A stretch of DNA of 64,000 nt, from positions 8,804,001 to 8,868,000 of the forward strand of contig CM119381.1 in assembly GCA_051294905.1 (NCBI GenBank), given 5' to 3'. Below, in pieces: positions 53,401-63,371 of this stretch. The DNA comes from Botryllus schlosseri. Its lineage: Eukaryota. The first letter of the stretch is position 1. Each line of letters opens with the position of its first letter. The position numbers were made by a program, and so were the translations under genes. The notes beneath the pieces are model-generated. The model did not search any database, was not told where the DNA came from, and saw only the letters and a program-made list of their open reading frames with translations.

Positions 53401-56400
53401 GTGTTGAACTACTGCATAGCATGTCGCAAAAATGGGATTCAAGCCATGAAATCGCGGATCGGAAAGTCGGCTCTTTTGCGAAATGAGGTAACACAGACAT
53501 ATGTTTAGGCCTGTGTCTGATTAAAAGACCACTTCAAGTCGTTTCGGCACCCTCCTATACGACAATTGTTTGCTTGCCGTGCAATAGGGGAACATTGCGA
53601 CATTTATACGTCAGTCAGTTAACAATGCGAGTTGAGAAATGAGTTGGTCCGTTATGACTTATCTTGTTAATGCTGAACAACCTTCCAGAGCAAGGGGCAA
53701 ATTTATGTACCCAATATATATATATAGCCTATATATATTTATGTATTATCAAAATGAGTTCCAGTTTTAGTATCAGTTCAAGTATTCGGTTGTTAGTTTG
53801 ATAACTCGAATATTTGAAAACAAAATTTCCATGAGAAATATACGTATCGCTGGTGAATGTGAAAAATGTTACAATTGTTGGCCTGTACTACGGGTCAGCC
53901 AGACTCAGCATCATACGGAAAGCCGCGGTTGTGGTTACATTGATAGCATTCTCTTTCGTTCAAGGATGAATTTACATTTGACGAAGACGACAAGGTTTTG
54001 AACCCTTTTACCAAAGCCGGGTCGATCCTGACTTGCGCAACACTTTTGCATAAAGAACTCACGGAGATGCAGGTCGACGAAGTGCACGAAATATATTCGC
54101 AAGCCATCGCAAACGAACCGCTGTGCTGCGATAATCTGAGGTAATACGAGTATATGACCTACTGAAATTTATCTATGGGTTACATAACGTAACGTAACGT
54201 AACCCTACAAGCTGCCCACCACACCAAGGAGATTAAATTCTTCATTCTCCGTATACATGGACATGATCAGAACGCCCCACCCTGGCCTTATAAACGTCTC
54301 TTGAGCTGCATAGGTAGGAAAACTTGGAGGCGCTTAAGCAGATCGCGATTTACGAGTCACGTTCTCCTAACCCATACCTGGTCAAGTCTACTTCAACATT
54401 TATATACTCTAACTTTGCAACAAAACATCTATCATATTATATTCATTTTTCAATGTAATTGCATTCATAACAAAACAAACTATAAAAATTATCAAGGATC
54501 TAAATGACAGAAACTGATTCTATACTCAAAATCTCCTGAATAGTATACGCTGAATTTACTCCAATAGTTGGAGTGGGGCTAGAACTTTATTGCAGGGTCA
54601 GGTAGTTTATTCATTGATGAACAATAATATTTCGATAAAAATTATTACAAAACCTACAACTTATGACACGGAAATGCAGAAGTCACAAAGCACTCCATGA
54701 CGTTGAGTGCATTTTTCGCGAAAAAAAGTGTTCTAGGATCAGAAAGAATTCAGACCAGACATGAAGGTACTCATGCTCCTGGCACCAACCAAAGTAGATG
54801 CGATTCCATTAAATTGAAATTTGTCTAGCTTTATGCACATGAAGGTAAATCAGATTGAAGAATGCATCGGGGAGCAAAATCATTATCTAATTTCAAGTAT
54901 CCTTCGTACGTAACTAATGTTATTTGTATGAATTCAGTAATCGGTATCAACCCAAAGAACTTGGGGCAGTCTTATTTCCGTGTAATATGGATCTCACTGC
55001 ACCAGAAAGCACATTACAATAAAAAAAAAACATACAGTCCGCACAGTAAAGGGGTGGCAAGTGGCTTTTATCACAGCCAACTTGAAATTTCTTTTGTTCA
55101 TTGTCAAATTGGCATGGAAAGGAAGCTTCGTCTTGGTGCATCGTGAGTATTTCCATGACACTTTTTTACCAACACCATTCTGGTTTTAAGCAACGGATAT
55201 CATGACAGGTTCAGGCATAGTTCAGTGTGAAAATTTTCAATTGCTTGTCAGAATCATTTTCATGGCAGTGCATGACAGACAATATGCTATTTTCGATAAT
55301 AATCTTTTATCTCCTGTAGTAGATTCATTAAAACAATCAATATCCTGGTAAAGTATTTAAAGACATGGATCACATTTCAACTGCAGAACTTGTGGTCATC
55401 TGCTGCATCACCTTAGTTACAAATTTAATCTTGGTAGTTTCGTTGTATACAACTTCAATACAATTTTAGCATTGAGCATATGCTGTCGGATAAAGATACC
55501 AACCTAAAGGGTTCGTGTTCAGTTATCAGTGAAGCATGCGGTAGGGAATCGGTTATCCAAAAGGTATCCGGAACATGCTCATTCATGGGGTTTCTTGTAA
55601 ATCGCTTCCACGAGCCCTTTGGGAAAACCGCATGAGTTACAAATACGCTGACCCTGGAAGCGCCAGCCGATTTCATGCAAGCGATGCATCTTTGTACAGT
55701 TCCGCCGGTGTTGATCAAGTCGTCAACGATTATCACATGTTGGTTTTTCGGATTCCCATCCACTATTGTGACCTCACGTTCACTTCCTTTACGTCGTTTT
55801 ATACAGCGGATCACAGGGAAATCCTTGAAATAATAACTGAACCTTTTATAAGCGCCTTCGTCTGGGAATGCTATGGCAATTGGGATATCGTCTTCAAATT
55901 GGTTGATAACTTCAATGAACTTTGGCATCGCCGATGCAAGTTTAGGAACGATATTATCGCTGAAATAGAATCTTTCCTGAAGAGCGTGGATGTCATATGT
56001 CATCAAACGAGCTGGTCCCATAGAAGAGAGTGGTATCGCTGATAGCAACCTTGCCATAGCAACAGCTGTAGCCACTTGACCTTCGGTGTCGACTCTTTCC
56101 ATTGTCCCAGTGTTGTAATAAGGAAGTACAAAAGTCAGTGATTTGATTGAAGATTTAGGTAATGTATATAAAACGGAAATCTGCTCAAATATAATAGCAG
56201 GAGAGTAAAAGCTTCCGACGAAGATCACGTGCTTGTCACTGAAGTCCTCGATGTTTTCGATGAAAATGTTGGGATAGCCATCCTCGAATGCATTCCACTT
56301 TACGGCGTCCATTCTAACATCCACCCTCACCTTGCTATTAGATTGAGAACATCTGGCTGCGATTTCTTTTTCGATCCTCGCGACCAACGTCTTCATATCC

Positions 56401-59400
56401 CGGTGGCAAATGAGGATGGTGTTTTGGCCTGACATAGCGAGCTTCACCCACCAGCTTTTACATTGATACCAGTTTCTGGTTCTGGTTGTGATGTTTACAT
56501 TTCTCTGCTGCTCGGTGTTCCGCTTTAGCTGATAAGTCAGCAAAATCACTCAACCGTGACTGGAAATTTTGCGGTTGAGTAGTTCGAATTTTATTGAGAA
56601 ACTCACTTAGAGTTCGGGTCACTGAGTGGGTTCGGGTTTCGATTCATTATCGAATGTTAACATGGAATGGCAGCGACCGATTTTGCAGCCTCGTTTCGCT
56701 TCGCTGAGGCTGGAGTCAGAATTATTTCGCGGCAGTGACTGGCAATCGAAAAGTTATCTTCCAGAGCCAGGAATTTACGGAATCTGGTCTTGATAACTTC
56801 TGGATTGCCTGAAATCCTACAGTCGCTGCCGCAAAATTATTCTGAACTCAGCCTTAGCGAAGCGGAACGAAGCTGCAAAATCGGTCGTTGCCATTCCATG
56901 TTTACATTCGACATATTCACAATGTAGATTGCAATCGGGTCAAGTTATTATGCCATGAATGCAGAAGAAACAATACAACAGAGAATAAAATGTCGAAATT
57001 TGCCGCGACGATTGCCTAGCTCATTACAAACTGCACAATATTTATTAGTTATCGACTATGAGAATTGCTCCTGTCCTGGCTGGGTGGCTCGGCTCTGAAG
57101 ACTTTGTCATATCGAGCCTAACGTCTACCTTGCATGTCGCATTTCAATGTTACATTTTTGCAATGTTATGTTGATATGTTATGTATACGAATAAAGATGC
57201 TCTCTCTCTCTCTCTCTCTCAATAGTGCATGCGTTGGCGAACACAGTTGTGTCTCATAATACAAAAGTAAAATCTAATTCTTATCATGATATGTGAAAAT
57301 TCACGGTTCTTCGATATTGTAAGGACATATGTCCATTATCCGAGTTAGGGAGCAAGATTTGTATTGAGTGGCGCAGTATCGTAGAATCTTTGGTAGAATC
57401 TTTGGTTAGAATCTTCTCAGCGTATAACTTTTTTGCTTCAATATTGCTGCCAACCTACCAAGCTGGAAAAGTGGTTATGAATATCGTAGGCCCCGTTACC
57501 CCGGCTACAGACAAATCAGTTTATCTTCCTTCCTCCGACCTATACCCCCGTCATTATTTTTATCAGAACTTATGCATCCGTAGTTTTAGCGGTAGCCGGA
57601 TCATTTTACGATGAGTCGAATAAGACGACGGACGTATTGCGAAATTCTGTTTGTATTACGATAGCTGTTACGGCACGCACCGCTAAGATTTTCTCGGGCT
57701 GGAACGAGCCACCCGACCGACAAAAACCGATCGTTCCTGTAGCTCATCAGGAAACAGTGGCGCCGGACCCACACAATGTACCGATATGGGTCCGTCAATT
57801 TGGACTGGACAGCGCCGGGGACCGTCCTGGTCGCGTCAAGCACTAGCATAGATAGCGCCGCTCCGAGCTTCATCGTTTCGTTCACTCCGCCCGTTCCATC
57901 GAAGTCGGTTATATATAGTTATTTGCGCCCTTTCTAGCCCTACATTTCGATTGATGTTGTCGAATCTCAACATAAATATGGAACGATGGAATTTGATTTG
58001 TGTGATCTCTGTACGGACGATTTGTTGGTTTGAGTTTGCTAATACGATCAGTGAGCCCTGTTCAATCAAAGACTAACGTATATCCCACCGTGACCATATA
58101 CTGCCCGAGAGAGAATGTCCGAATAAACGTTCTGCCCAAAACGTTTGTCCCAAATGTATTGTATTCATTTCAGCTACAATCTCAAGAGATTGTACGCCCA
58201 CGAAGAAATATCTCTAGCGTATTTCTTGAGTGCAAGATTGAAACTGCCGAGGATGTGCGTTCCTGGGGATCTATTGGAATTCCATTTTCAATCTTCGTCC
58301 ACGGCCGTTACTTGTGACTCGGCATCTATCGCAGCGGCAACTATTGCAAATGGCGGACAATGTCCTCTGACAGGTGACAAGTCAACAATCGACCAATAGG
58401 CTTACCACGCTATCTTTGCCAAGATAAGTAAGTCAATATGTCTGCAAATATGAATATTGGCTACGTCATAAATGCATCCAAGAAAACGTATTTTCGATAT
58501 GGCATGACTAGAACTGACGAGTTAGCACAATCAATCATACTTGTATTCACAGCCGCACCTCAAACCTAACTAATTGAGGAAAGGGTAAGTGCGAAAGGGC
58601 ACAAAAATTAGTAATTTCGGTAATTTTCTCAAATTTCAAATGGTTTCTTTCGCAATATTACCGCGTCCCTCTTTATGTGGCAAGTGATCGTTTCGATTAT
58701 CTAGTGCAGTTGTTCTCAGACTTAATTAGACACCCCCATTTATGAAAATGAACAATTTCGCGCCCCCTTATCGTGACTACACTAATTATAAATTAGCGCG
58801 AAAAATTCGGTTGACCGCAGCTTCGCGCCTACGTTCAGATGCTTTTACGCCCCTAAGGGGGGGGGGACTGATCTAGTTAATAGTAGTGACTAAGCGACGT
58901 GTTTCATTGTTTGTGGTTACGTCAAATGATTTGTTCATTGCTAAAACTGAAAATAACGATGCTGATACGAAAACAGCGCCTTGTATCCCCCAACAAGTTC
59001 GTTTGACCACCATATAAATTGAGTACCAAACTTTTGGGTATTGCGGGTGACATCCATACGTGCTTCGTTGCTGCGTCGCTCGAGTCCGACAGAATGCCAG
59101 CAGGGCCTAACAGCTCCTTGCCAGCACACATAGTTCGGTGTGTTCATTCCGAAGTGGAAGATTCCTACGAGAGAAGAAGTTCGCTTCATAACATAAACAG
59201 CTATTGAAAATGAGTCGTGGGGTGAAACTTAATACAAAAAGTCGATATTGAATCACTTCCCCGTAACAAAAACATCTCCTTTCCAGATGAAACAGTTTTC
59301 AAGGAAGAAATTATTCAGCACACTCTGAAGCGTATGCGATGTAGCTTGTCGAAATATACCGACTGTAAGGAGGTATAGTTACTAGTTAAATAGGCCTACC

Positions 59401-60075
59401 TATTGTTTTATTTATGATTCATCGCATATTTCTGTTGACTGTTGATTTTCAATAGATGGAAGATATCTGTTGTACAACGAGTGAAAGCGGCACTGTATTT
59501 CTTGTCATACCCGGCGTTCTGGGACTCGTCTTTTTCCTGCATTCATATCCGAGACCAACAGTTTCGAAAGTGGTGGACTCTTTGATTCATGTGAGTGAAT
59601 TGATTGGGACTTTGAGAGCATAGATAGTCGTTACCGAAGTACTTCTCAAGTACGCTTACTCGAGTAGGTTAACCAACTTGCTGTACTCAAGTTCCATCCT
59701 TTAGGATATTTCCACTTCTGTTTGAACAGGTCCTACATCCACAGCACTCCAATTTGGACTTTGAGAATGTTGTAAAGTAGAAAGTAGTTTATGATAGGCT
59801 CGCATGGATTTCTGAGAACTACAACTACTTTTGTTCACGGAGCATGCCGCATCTGATGTTTGAAGTTCGTCGCGGCTCTTCGAAAATATAGTGATTACGG
59901 GACGACAAATTCCACACTATTACCACACAGCGCATAGACTCGAAATCAGATTGGCAGTGCCTGTGCCTGAATGCAGAAACATGTTGAATTTTTATCACAG
60001 AATTTAGGAGCTGAGTTCAATTTCTCGCTGTACCGAAATTTGAAGAGCCGAGAAGACAGATGCTGCAAACGATGA
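44450..60075 (+). CDS. Divergent glutaminase-like protein (GLS fold, degenerate active site, long N-terminal extension, no ankyrin tail), about 760 aa
   Basis: Exons: 44450-44986, 47051-47156, 49153-49744, 51314-51443, 53175 (or 53160)-53301, 53369-53487, 53965-54140, 58174-58373, 59287-59372, 59456-59590, 60001-60075. All are GT-AG and phase-consistent. GLS-like segments: KGIWLSDPRLKE, LTIPGF, SVCTVDGQR, DEDDKVLNPFTKAG, VTCDSASIAAATIANGGQCPLT, VFLVIPGVLG, FNFSLYRNL. The first two exons and the start codon are less certain than the GLS-homologous exons. Confidence 0.8.
44911..45074 (+). repeat. 82-bp tandem duplication spanning an exon end and splice donor
   Basis: 44911-44992 and 44993-45074 differ by one base. 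Each contains ATGCAG|GTGCGT. Confidence 0.95.
45292..45683. mobile_element. hAT-like MITE (TCGAGTACTCGA family)
   Basis: TIR TAGGGCTGGGCA...TGCCCAGCCCTA with a perfect TSD cttgtagg. Confidence 0.9.
45715..46789. mobile_element. Longer non-autonomous hAT-like element (TAGGGTTGCCAT, GTCCGGAA repeats)
   Basis: TIR TAGGGTTGCCAT...ATGGTAACCCTA with gttgtat duplicated on the flanks. Collinear with 63372-64000. Confidence 0.85.
50136..50475. mobile_element. hAT-like MITE (CCGGCTCCGG family)
   Basis: TIR TAGTGCGGAGC...GCTCCGCACTA; TSD acacatac/atacatac. Confidence 0.85.
50635..50868. repeat. Inverted repeat with arms of about 77 bp
   Basis: 50635-50711 pairs with 50792-50868 (accaaatttggttcaatt...ggagttattgccgtcgaaaaa). 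Confidence 0.85.
51614..52132. mobile_element. hAT-like MITE (CCGATA/ATCGG family)
   Basis: Ends TACAGGTCGAC...GTCGACCTCTA; flanks gtttgaac/attcgaac (6/8). Confidence 0.65.
52587..52992. mobile_element. hAT-Charlie-like MITE (GGCCCGCG family)
   Basis: TIR CAGGGGCGGCCA...TGGCCGCTCCTG; TSD acttacgg/acctacgg. Confidence 0.85.
55455..56435 (-). CDS. Class II (plant PRS3/PRS4-type) ribose-phosphate pyrophosphokinase, intronless, 326 aa
   Basis: First ATG at 56435 (the ORF track starts at an upstream GTG). PRTase PRPP-binding motif VIIVDDLINTGGT. Class II signatures: FEDGYPNIFI, SPAIIFEQISV, TGTMERVDTEGQVATA, YDIHALQERFYF, AFPDEGAYKRF, VTHAVFPKGSW, FWITDS. These closely match Arabidopsis PRS4 as recalled. 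Confidence 0.92.
   Translation of the reverse strand: MSGQNTILICHRDMKTLVARIEKEIAARCSQSNSKVRVDVRMDAVKWNAFEDGYPNIFIENIEDFSDKHVIFVGSFYSPAIIFEQISVLYTLPKSSIKSLTFVLPYYNTGTMERVDTEGQVATAVAMARLLSAIPLSSMGPARLMTYDIHALQERFYFSDNIVPKLASAMPKFIEVINQFEDDIPIAIAFPDEGAYKRFSYYFKDFPVIRCIKRRKGSEREVTIVDGNPKNQHVIIVDDLINTGGTVQRCIACMKSAGASRVSVFVTHAVFPKGSWKRFTRNPMNEHVPDTFWITDSLPHASLITEHEPFRLVSLSDSICSMLKLY
56650..56911. repeat. 262-bp fold-back palindrome immediately upstream of the PRPS gene
   Basis: The left arm tcgaatgttaacatggaatggcagcgaccgattttgcagc... pairs with the right arm ...gctgcaaaatcggtcgttgccattccatgtttacattcga over more than 100 bp. Confidence 0.9.
57070..57220 (+). mobile_element. Retroelement 3' tail with AATAAA and (TC)n
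   Basis: ...atacgaataaagatgc(tc)n has the same tail architecture as 28023-28050 on the minus strand. The 5' boundary is approximate. Confidence 0.45.
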
Positions 60076-61216
60076 AGTCGACGATGAAATCTTCTCATAG
60101 AATGGCGCAATACCACTATTAAGGTCGCAAAAATACCTTTGTGGTTGTGTTTCGTAAATATTTCTGGACTATTTGTGCAACAAATATATTTTCATTGCTA
60201 AAAAACCTCTGAGGAGCAGCCGAAACAAAGGATATATGTAGTAAATATTATTACACGAGAGCAGAGGTATATATACATAACACTCAAGCCATACATTTAG
60301 AGAGTATTATAATTATTTATTTGGGATAGGTATGTATAGATGAGATAGGATAATGTATAGTATATTGAACCATTGTAACTATTCAGCAAATAATGCGGTT
60401 GGAACGGAGGAGTACTTTAGAAACTATAAAAGGGTGTCGAGTTCGCTTTGCGAACGACGGAAATTTGGAGGTTTGCGTTCGTAACCGAACCATTCAAGGT
60501 TCGCAGTGTAGTGGGAAATCTCGGCAGACCAGGGCCGCAGGCCACATCATCATGTAAAACGGAAAACTCTCCGCGGGCCAGACAAAATCCCTTCGCGGGC
60601 CGTATGTTGCCCACCCCTGCGTTATGTGCAAGCGGTTGTCAAGTTGGAAATGTTTACAGCAATAGGCGATATTTCATTGGTTGATTCTATTATGTGTAGT
60701 AACACATTAAAATATCGCGATAGTATTTACTGAAATTCTATTTGACAAACGGAAAACTGGATCGCGAATAGAGTTGTAAGTTTCAAGGATTGTTTCAAAG
60801 TATAATCTTGAAATGTGACTTGATCAAAGTTGGTAGTCATGTTTGTCAAACCTATTTCAATTCATACTATGCCAAAGTCAAAATATTTCATTTCGGTTTA
60901 TCTAAATTTATCTATAGTAGTACATCTCGCGAATGGATTCCGACGCCCAAAAATATCTGACTCGTTATGTCTGATGCATTATCCTGTCAGCGACCGTAGG
61001 GTTTTACAATTATTTCACACCTTTTTGAATAAGCGTTAACTTCGCAAAAGATTAGGGTTGGATCAGAAATAAAGTGAGAATTTGTCGGTATTCGAATCAC
61101 CGTCTGCAACGGTTCTGTTATTCGTTACTTATTTAATCTTACCAGTGAAACCTCAGATAATCGAATTCCTGAAGCCGGATGAATTTTCCGTGACTGGGAA
61201 ACAGCTACAGAGTAAA

Positions 61217-62396
61217 ACCAAATATGGTCCAGACATCATTTCAGGACTGGTCCGCTAGGTATCGAGAATGAAGTACTGCGAGCCATATGCATAGTCTTTG
61301 GTGACATTTTTAGAACATTTACGGTGATAATATGAATGCAACTAAATATGGTCCCAACATCATTGCGGCACTGGTCCGCTAAATATTGGGAATGAAATAC
61401 TGCGAAGCATATGCATAGTCTTTGGTGACTTTAATACAAAATTTTCGGTGATTGTGTTATTGAAACCAAATATGGTCCCGACATCATTTCGGCAGTGGTC
61501 CGCTAAATATCGGAAATGAAGTACTGCGAGCCATATGCATAGTCTTTGGTGATATTTTAGAACATTTACGGTGATAATATGAATGCAACCAAATATGGTC
61601 CCAACATCATTTCGGGACTGGTCCGCTAAATATCGGGAATGAAGTACTGCGAGCTATATGCATAGTCTTTGGTGACATTTTAGAACTTTAACGGTGATAA
61701 TATGAATGCAACCAAATATGGTCCCGACATCATTTCGGGACTGGTCCGCTAAATATCGGGAATGAAGTACTGCGAACCATATGCATAGTCTTTGGTGACC
61801 TTTTTAGAACATTTAAGGTGATAATATATGAATGCAACCAAATATGGTCCCGACATCATTTCGGCAGTGGTCCACTAAATATTTGGAATAAAGTACTGCG
61901 AAACATATGCATAGTCTTTGATGACTTTTATACAAAATTTACGTTGATTATGTTTTTGAGACCAAATATGGTCCCGACATCATTTCGGCAGTGGTCCACT
62001 AAATATTTAGAATGAAGTACTGCGAAACATATGCATAGTCTTTGGTGACCTTAATACAAAATTTACGGTGAATCTGTTATTGAAACCAAATATGGTCCCG
62101 ACATCATTTCGGCACTGGTCCGCTAAATATCGGGAATGAAGTACTGCGAGCCATAGGCATAGACTTTGGTGACCTTTTTAGAACATTTAAGGTGATCATA
62201 TTAATGCAACCAACTATGGTCCCGACATCATTTCGGCAGTGGTCCACTAAATATTTGGAATAAAGTACTGCGAAACACATGCATAGTCTTTGGTGACCTT
62301 AATACAAAATTTTCGGTGATTGTGTTATTGAAACCAAATATGGTCCCGACATCATTTCGGCACTGGTCCGCTAAACATCGGGAATGAAGTACTGCG
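61217..62396. repeat. Tandem array (minisatellite) of about 124-bp units, 9.5 copies
   Basis: Units start at 61217, 61341, 61465, 61588, 61711, 61837, 61961, 62085, 62209 and 62333. The core is accaaatatggtcccgacatcatttcggcagtggtccgctaaatat...gtactgcga...atatgcatagtctttggtga. Confidence 0.97.
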
Positions 62397-62692
62397 TGAT
62401 GAAAAACTCAGAATCTACTCCGTTCTACCTGCGGCTTGAGATTCTTATCCAAACACCAGTCCAACACACAGCAGAGTATTTTACAGCGTACCTGTTCAAA
62501 ACAGCGAGCGACGTCTCGAAACTTTCTTAAAAACTTGTGCCACGAGGTAAGCACACTGGCCAGATATTCTACGCGGCATTATGACGACACAACACAATCA
62601 ACATTCCCAAACACTTCTAACACTAGTATAGCAAGCATTATGTACAACAGTCTAACGATGTCTCAAGCATCACAAAATTATCATTTTTAACA
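62397..62692 (-). mobile_element. 3' LTR of a Ty1/copia retrotransposon (296 bp)
   Basis: TG...CA ends with short inverted termini (TGTTAAAAA / TTTTTCATCA). A purine tract GAAAAGGAG immediately precedes it on the minus strand (62693-62701), about 30 nt after the pol stop. Confidence 0.75.
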
Positions 62693-62724
62693 CTCCTTTT
62701 CATAGGACATTTTTTAACTGTTCA

Positions 62725-63273
62725 TCATGCTGGCATTTGAGTAACACCAATATTATCTCTCAAGTAACAGAAAGGTTGTCGACGTAAAGGCTTTGTCAAG
62801 ATATCGGCCAATTGATCATCACTTGGTACATACCGAATTTCAATTCTATCACCATCAAGTTCATGTTTGATATAACCAAATTTTATTGCAATGTGCTTGT
62901 TTGCTTGGTGATTCACAGGATTCTTGCACATAGCAATAGCACTTTGATTATCTTCATATATTGTGATTGGTCCATCAATTTTTCTCCCCATTTCGTCATG
63001 CAACTGACGAAACCATGCAGTTTCTCGAGCGACAAGATTCAACGCAGTGAATTCGGCTTCAGCAGTAGACTGTGCCGTTACAGTTTGTTTTTTCGATCTC
63101 CATGCAATAGGACCATTGTTTTTCATTATTACATATCCAGACGTTGACTTTCTGTCATCTCGATCTCCACCAAAATCAGCATATGCGTAGGCCATAATTG
63201 TATGCGGCTCACGCCTGTAAAGTATCCCATAATCAACAGTTCCACGAATGTAACGTAACAAGTGCCTTGTCAT
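62725..63273 (-). pseudogene. Ty1/copia pol 3' fragment (RT C-terminus plus RNase H)
   Basis: Motifs LLRYIRGT, ADFGGDRDDRKSTSGY, WRSKKQ..TAQSTAEAEF, IYEDNQSAI, KHIAIK, QLADILTKPL. The first RNase H Asp appears replaced (YAYAD). The frame is closed by a stop just upstream of 63281. Confidence 0.92.
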
Positions 63274-63371
63274 CTTCCAGGGTTAGGCCTAACTCTACCA
63301 GCTGGAGAGGATTATGGATTATGCAATTCTTTAACGACAAACAAGCCGTGTCAACAAGAGGCGCACTAGGT

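Noticed and set aside
53502-53520. Acceptor at 53508 giving an early stop in the GLS-like gene
   Set aside because: It would need a 21-nt intron. The exon at 53965 continues the homology in the correct phase.
54183-54204. (TAACG)n short repeat as a telomere-like seed
   Set aside because: It has only about 4 units and is not the TTAGGG motif. It is a trivial microsatellite.
55455-56435. Bacterial or algal contaminant contig explaining the intronless PRPS
   Set aside because: It lies inside a phase-consistent intron of a host gene, is surrounded by host repeats, and shows no obvious compositional break. Raw-read confirmation is still advisable.
56436-56549. N-terminal 38 aa of the 364-aa ORF track entry
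   Set aside because: It begins at GTG and has no PRS homology. The first ATG is at 56435.
61217-62396. CRISPR-like repeat-spacer appearance
   Set aside because: The constant part is about 88 bp and the 'spacers' are only two recurring variants, not unique sequences. There are no cas genes and the context is eukaryotic. It is a satellite.
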